From an uncultured Pseudomonadota bacterium (lineage in GTDB: Bacteria; Oederibacteriota; Muellerivitia; Muellerivitales; Muellerivitaceae): DNA of 64,000 nt. Positions 60,277-64,000 of this stretch are shown here, in pieces. The number at the start of each line of letters is the position of its first letter. Positions within the stretch are counted from its first letter, which is position 1. The notes beneath the pieces were generated by a model. It was not told the DNA's origin. It saw only the letters and a list, made by a program, of their open reading frames with translations, and searched no databases. The stretch is taken from contig CAVYRH010000010.1 of assembly GCA_963770835.1 (NCBI GenBank), forward strand, positions 151,266-215,265, in the 5' to 3' direction. The translations under genes and the position numbers were made by a program.

Positions 60277-62172
60277 ATGTCCGTCCAAAAACCCGCCTTG
60301 CAGGTCATTGAAATCCCCGTCGATAAAATCCTCCCCAACCCGGATAACCCCCGGGGGCCGATTGATCCTGAAGACGCCAAAACCATGGCCGAGTCCCTCA
60401 TCGAAGAAGGCCAAAAGGACGAGGTGCGGGTGAGGCACCTGACCGAGGCCGAAGAGGCCCGGCACCCGGGCTATGAATGGTTCATGATAGGCGGCCATCG
60501 GCGGCTGGCGGGGGCCAAGCTGGCGGGCTTACCCACCCTGCGGGCCATCGTGGTGGAAGCGAGCACCCCAGAACAGGAGTTTTTGGATGCCCTTTTGGAC
60601 AATCGCTCGGAAGACATGGGCTGGTGGAAGTGGGACTTGGCCATTGAGAAGGTCCTCAAGCCCGCCAACGGGGAGGGCCAAAGGAAGCTGGCGGCCCAAC
60701 TGGGGTATAACCCGGCAAAGATAAATAGGGCCTGGAAGATCACCCAGGCTTTGAGCCCCGCCGCACGGGCTTTGGTGGAGGAAAGTGTTGCGCCGCGCAA
60801 CACCCAAAATAAGGGTTTTTTGATAACTGAGAGCATCCTGCTGGCTTTGGCCGACCTGGAGGACCCCCAGGAGGTCGAAAAGGCCCTGACCCGGGTGGTG
60901 GAAGACAAGATGACCGAATCCCAGGTCCGCCAGATGGTCGCAAACCTCAAGGGTGGGTTGGCCACGGCCCAAACCGCCCCTAAAGCAAGCCAACAACCTG
61001 GGATCACCCCCTCGGCAACCAGCCCAAAAGCAAACCAACAACCCACTTCACCCTCATCCCTTCCTTCTCCCCTAAAGGGAGAAGGGGAAGGCAAGGCTGC
61101 GGGCAAGGGGGCAGTCGCCGGGTTATTAGCCGGACTGTTTAAAAGGCACAGCGGGCATTCCAAACAAGCGGCGCCGGGATGGGGAGGGGTGGGGAAGTTC
61201 CTGTCCCAGAACTTCAAGCGGGCCCTGGGCACCCTCGCCCGGCGGTGGATGGTCCAAGGCTTGGCGGTCATCGTCATAGTCCTTCTCATCAGCCCCCATT
61301 TGCCCTTCTCCCTCTATCACCTGGTATCCGGTTCCATTTCTTCCCAACCGAAGGCGGCCGGCTTCCAGGCACCCCAGGGGAAAACCCAAGCCACAGCCCA
61401 AGCCTTGGTTTTGCCGGCTTCTGGGCTGAGGTCTCAAACCGAAGCCCAAGGTTTGAATGTACCAATTCCTGAGAAACAGGGAATTGGTAACCAAGGGGTT
61501 TCAACTCCGAAATCTCTATCCCCCGAAGCCTTGGCGAAGGGGGACAAACACCACACTTCGAACTCGGCCCAGGTAGTTCCTTCCTGGGCTAGGGAAGAGC
61601 GCATTTTCGCCGCCGAATTCGGAAGCCGCTTTTACGGCGTCAATGCCCAGAATTGGGACGATACCCAAAACTATTTCATCGACCACCTCAACCCTTCCTA
61701 CTTGGCCCCTTTCCTTCACCAGTATTTCGGGGCGGATTTCACAAATCAGGTGCGGCATCATAACCTGGCTTATTCCCTCGATGGCGCCCAGTCCCAGTTC
61801 CTGCGGATGAAGGGGGGCTCGGGGATATTCTTGTTCAAGGGCCTGCAAACCAAGGAGGGGGATGGGCAATCCCCCGTAAGCCTACCCGTTGCCCTGGTCA
61901 TTCAAATCCAGCACCACCCGGACGGGAATAGCCTGGTGGAAAAGGTAACGGTTGTGAATCCCGGGGAAGAAGGGGACCAGGCCGAAAAAACAGACGGGTC
62001 CGCGAAGGGGGACCTGTCTCCCGGAGCTGGAGCGGTAGCGGGAGGTTCAGCGAAGGGAGAAGACCCGCTCAAGGCCGTGAGTGATAGGGTGAAGGATGTT
62101 CAAGGCGCGGTCAACACGGCCAATGACGCCAAATCGGCTGCCGATAAGGCAAGGGCCCTGTTTGGGTTTTAA
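60277..62172 (+). CDS. ParB-like CTPase/HTH protein with TM helix and extracytoplasmic domain
   Basis: ILPNPDNPR, IGGHRRLAGAK, HTH QRKLAAQLG, TM LAVIVIVLLI; GGAGG RBS. Confidence 0.85.
   Translation: MSVQKPALQVIEIPVDKILPNPDNPRGPIDPEDAKTMAESLIEEGQKDEVRVRHLTEAEEARHPGYEWFMIGGHRRLAGAKLAGLPTLRAIVVEASTPEQEFLDALLDNRSEDMGWWKWDLAIEKVLKPANGEGQRKLAAQLGYNPAKINRAWKITQALSPAARALVEESVAPRNTQNKGFLITESILLALADLEDPQEVEKALTRVVEDKMTESQVRQMVANLKGGLATAQTAPKASQQPGITPSATSPKANQQPTSPSSLPSPLKGEGEGKAAGKGAVAGLLAGLFKRHSGHSKQAAPGWGGVGKFLSQNFKRALGTLARRWMVQGLAVIVIVLLISPHLPFSLYHLVSGSISSQPKAAGFQAPQGKTQATAQALVLPASGLRSQTEAQGLNVPIPEKQGIGNQGVSTPKSLSPEALAKGDKHHTSNSAQVVPSWAREERIFAAEFGSRFYGVNAQNWDDTQNYFIDHLNPSYLAPFLHQYFGADFTNQVRHHNLAYSLDGAQSQFLRMKGGSGIFLFKGLQTKEGDGQSPVSLPVALVIQIQHHPDGNSLVEKVTVVNPGEEGDQAEKTDGSAKGDLSPGAGAVAGGSAKGEDPLKAVSDRVKDVQGAVNTANDAKSAADKARALFGF
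60785..60803. promoter_or_regulatory. Perfect palindrome, candidate parS-like site inside ParB-like gene
   Basis: GTGTTGCGC C GCGCAACAC. Confidence 0.55.
61519..61544. repeat. In-frame GAA-tagged palindromic repeat
   Basis: TCCCCC GAA GCCTTGGC GAA GGGGGA encoding SPEALAKGD; a related copy lies at 62017-62060. Confidence 0.7.
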
Positions 62173-62269
62173 TGGTGGCCGACCAAGAAACGGGATTGCT
62201 TGTCCACGACGGGGACCCTTCGTGGACAGCAAAAGTGGTGAAAAATATTCTGTGTAAAAGGAGGATCGC

Positions 62270-62959
62270 ATGAAAACCAGTTATCTTAAAATCGGAATCT
62301 TGACGGGGCTTTTTTCCCTTATCCTCCCAAACCTTTTGGCCCAAACAGTCGTATCCACCCCTACTGCCTCCCCAGTCACTATTTTTAGCACCCCGGAAAG
62401 TAAACCTAAAAGTCCATATCAAATTTACCGTTTAAAACAGTATCAAGTTGAAATGGCATATCTCCCCGCTAAGTTGATTCCGGACCCCGAGTACGACACC
62501 TTTTAATCAAAAGATTTTCAAACCTACATCACTTTCTGGAAACTCCAGAAAATTCCGGGTAAAACTTGGGAGGATGAGTTTCCCCGTATGATTAGCCTTC
62601 TACGCCAACTGGGCAATCAAATAACTTATAAGGTTTTCAAAAAGAACTTCTTTGTAATATCGGGCTATAAGGGTGACAGTGTTATCTATTGGAAAATAAT
62701 TCCAACAGAACGAGACTTTTTCAAGGTCACGGTCTCGGTGGACGGTGAGGCGCTCATCACGCTTCCAAACTACCGCTTGGTTCAAACCGAGAAGGGGTTG
62801 AAGGTAGACGCCGCAATCCACGAGGTCAAGAAGGCGAAGGAACAAGGTGGCAAGCCGGAATTCATCAAGTGCTACTACCCCTTCAACAACCTCAACGACG
62901 AGGTTCTGCCCGAAGCCGAAAAAGTCTTCAAGTCTCTCCCGGTGAAAAAGGGAAAGTAA
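62270..62959 (+). pseudogene. Secreted-protein remnant with in-frame TAA, fused to a GC-richer fragment
   Basis: ORFs 62270-62506 and 62588-62959 share a frame and are separated by one stop; composition switches near 62720. Confidence 0.55.
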
Positions 62960-63006
62960 GAGGAACGGCCCCGCCGGGGGCCTTATACCCGGCAATTAGT
63001 CTTTAT

Positions 63007-63069
63007 TTGACTACGGTTCAATAAAGTTGTACCTTATAAATAAGTTATACATAGTAAATATGTTTTACT
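63007..63069 (+). promoter_or_regulatory. TA promoter and operator
   Basis: TTGACT-17bp-TACCTT; inverted repeat AGTAAA-5-TTTACT. Confidence 0.45.
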
Positions 63070-63083
63070 TTTGGGAGGTTTTT

Positions 63084-63314
63084 ATGCTGGTTACACACGT
63101 TTCCGAAAAAGGCCAAGTAGTCATTCCGGCTGAATTTAGGGAAAAATTCGGAATCAAGAAGGGAACTTCCGTCAAATTTTTTGAGAAAGACGGGGAGATC
63201 CGCATAGTTCCCATGACCAAGGATTTGATAAGGAAGAACTGCGGGATTCTCGGGACCAAGGGCAAGCTTTTAAAGCTTTTGGCGGAAGAAAAGAAAGCTG
63301 AGCGCGAGCTTTGA
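63084..63314 (+). CDS. AbrB/MazE-fold antitoxin
   Basis: VSEKGQVVIPAEFREKFGIKKG; GGAGG RBS. Confidence 0.9.
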   Translation: MLVTHVSEKGQVVIPAEFREKFGIKKGTSVKFFEKDGEIRIVPMTKDLIRKNCGILGTKGKLLKLLAEEKKAEREL

Positions 63315-63712
63315 AACATTACGTTTTGGACGCCCACGCTCTTTTGGCCTATTTGGAAGGGGAAGAGGGCAAGGAAATCGTTGTTTCCGTTTTAAATGAA
63401 ATCGCGGACGGCCACGCCGAGGCTTTCCTTTGTATTGTGAATTGGGGAGAGGTTTGGTACACGGCTTTTCGGGAGGGCGGGGAAGAAAGAGCGATGCTGT
63501 ATGAAAAAACGCTTGCGGAAATGGATATCCAGGTTTTGGACGTGGGTAGGGAATTGACCCTTGTCGCGGCGCGATTCAAAGGGACTCATAAGATGTCTTA
63601 CGCCGATGCATACGCCGCCGCCACGGCAAAATCGAGAAACGCCCACCTCGTGACCGGGGACAAAGAATTCAAATCCGTTGAAAAAGACATAAAGGTAAAG
63701 TGGATTCGATAA
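63311..63712 (+). CDS. vapC: PIN-domain VapC toxin
   Basis: YVLDAHA, NWGEV, MSYADA, LVTGDKEF. Confidence 0.9.
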   Translation: MKHYVLDAHALLAYLEGEEGKEIVVSVLNEIADGHAEAFLCIVNWGEVWYTAFREGGEERAMLYEKTLAEMDIQVLDVGRELTLVAARFKGTHKMSYADAYAAATAKSRNAHLVTGDKEFKSVEKDIKVKWIR

Positions 63713-63778
63713 GTTTAAATATTTCAGCCGCGGGCACGCTGGAGTTATTCGCCACGTTCTTATTAGGAAAGGCTTTGG

Positions 63779-64000
63779 ATGAAAAGCAAATTCGTGATGA
63801 TCCGTTTCAAAGCTAAATCTTCCCAGGCAAAGTATTGGGAAGAAGCCCTGAAAGCTTTGGGCGTGAAGGACTTCTCATCCTTCGCCGGCTGGTGCCGTCC
63901 AGGCCGCCATCGAAATGGGCCAAAAAGCCCATGACCCCAAGTGGCAGGATTTCCTTGAGGCCATCCAGCCTATCGCCAAGAAGAAGCTGGGTTATGGCAT
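63779..64000 (+). pseudogene. Possible RHH-like protein, frameshifted near 63890, runs off window
   Basis: MKSKFVMIRF...DFSSFA continues in another frame as AVQAAIEMGQKAHDPKWQDFL. Confidence 0.35.

Noticed and set aside
63776..63797. Same MKSKF-encoding start as the gene at 58938
   Set aside because: Only about 15 bp of AT-rich identity with no further similarity

Overview
A 64 kb chromosomal window from a GC-rich, probably diderm bacterium. The lineage cannot be fixed from sequence alone. The left and middle parts are housekeeping: GT-C glycosyltransferases and O-antigen-ligase/TPR proteins, rel, ridA, guaB-guaA, dnaE, speE plus a frameshifted basic amino acid decarboxylase, PilZ/GGDEF/orn, galE, sixA, def, a GH1 glucosidase and clpB. 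The region from about 47 kb on is accessory: secreted proteins, toxin-antitoxin modules, gene remnants, and four copies of an IS1-like MITE with 8-bp target duplications. The most striking observation is a pair of orphan ParB-like CTPase paralogs (22.0 kb and 60.3 kb) with no adjacent parA. Both have a transmembrane segment, and the longer one adds a possible NTF2/VirB8-like outer domain. Each gene carries, at the same codon position just after its HTH, its own perfect palindrome of form GTGTT-N4-C-N4-AACAC with a different core, which suggests self-encoded, paralog-specific parS-like sites. At least five families of small palindromic or short-period repeats occur; some are nested in each other or lie in frame within proteins. 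Several single-base frameshifts may be sequencing errors. No rRNA, tRNA, CRISPR array or intact transposase was recognised. All product calls come from motif recognition by eye, not database searches.
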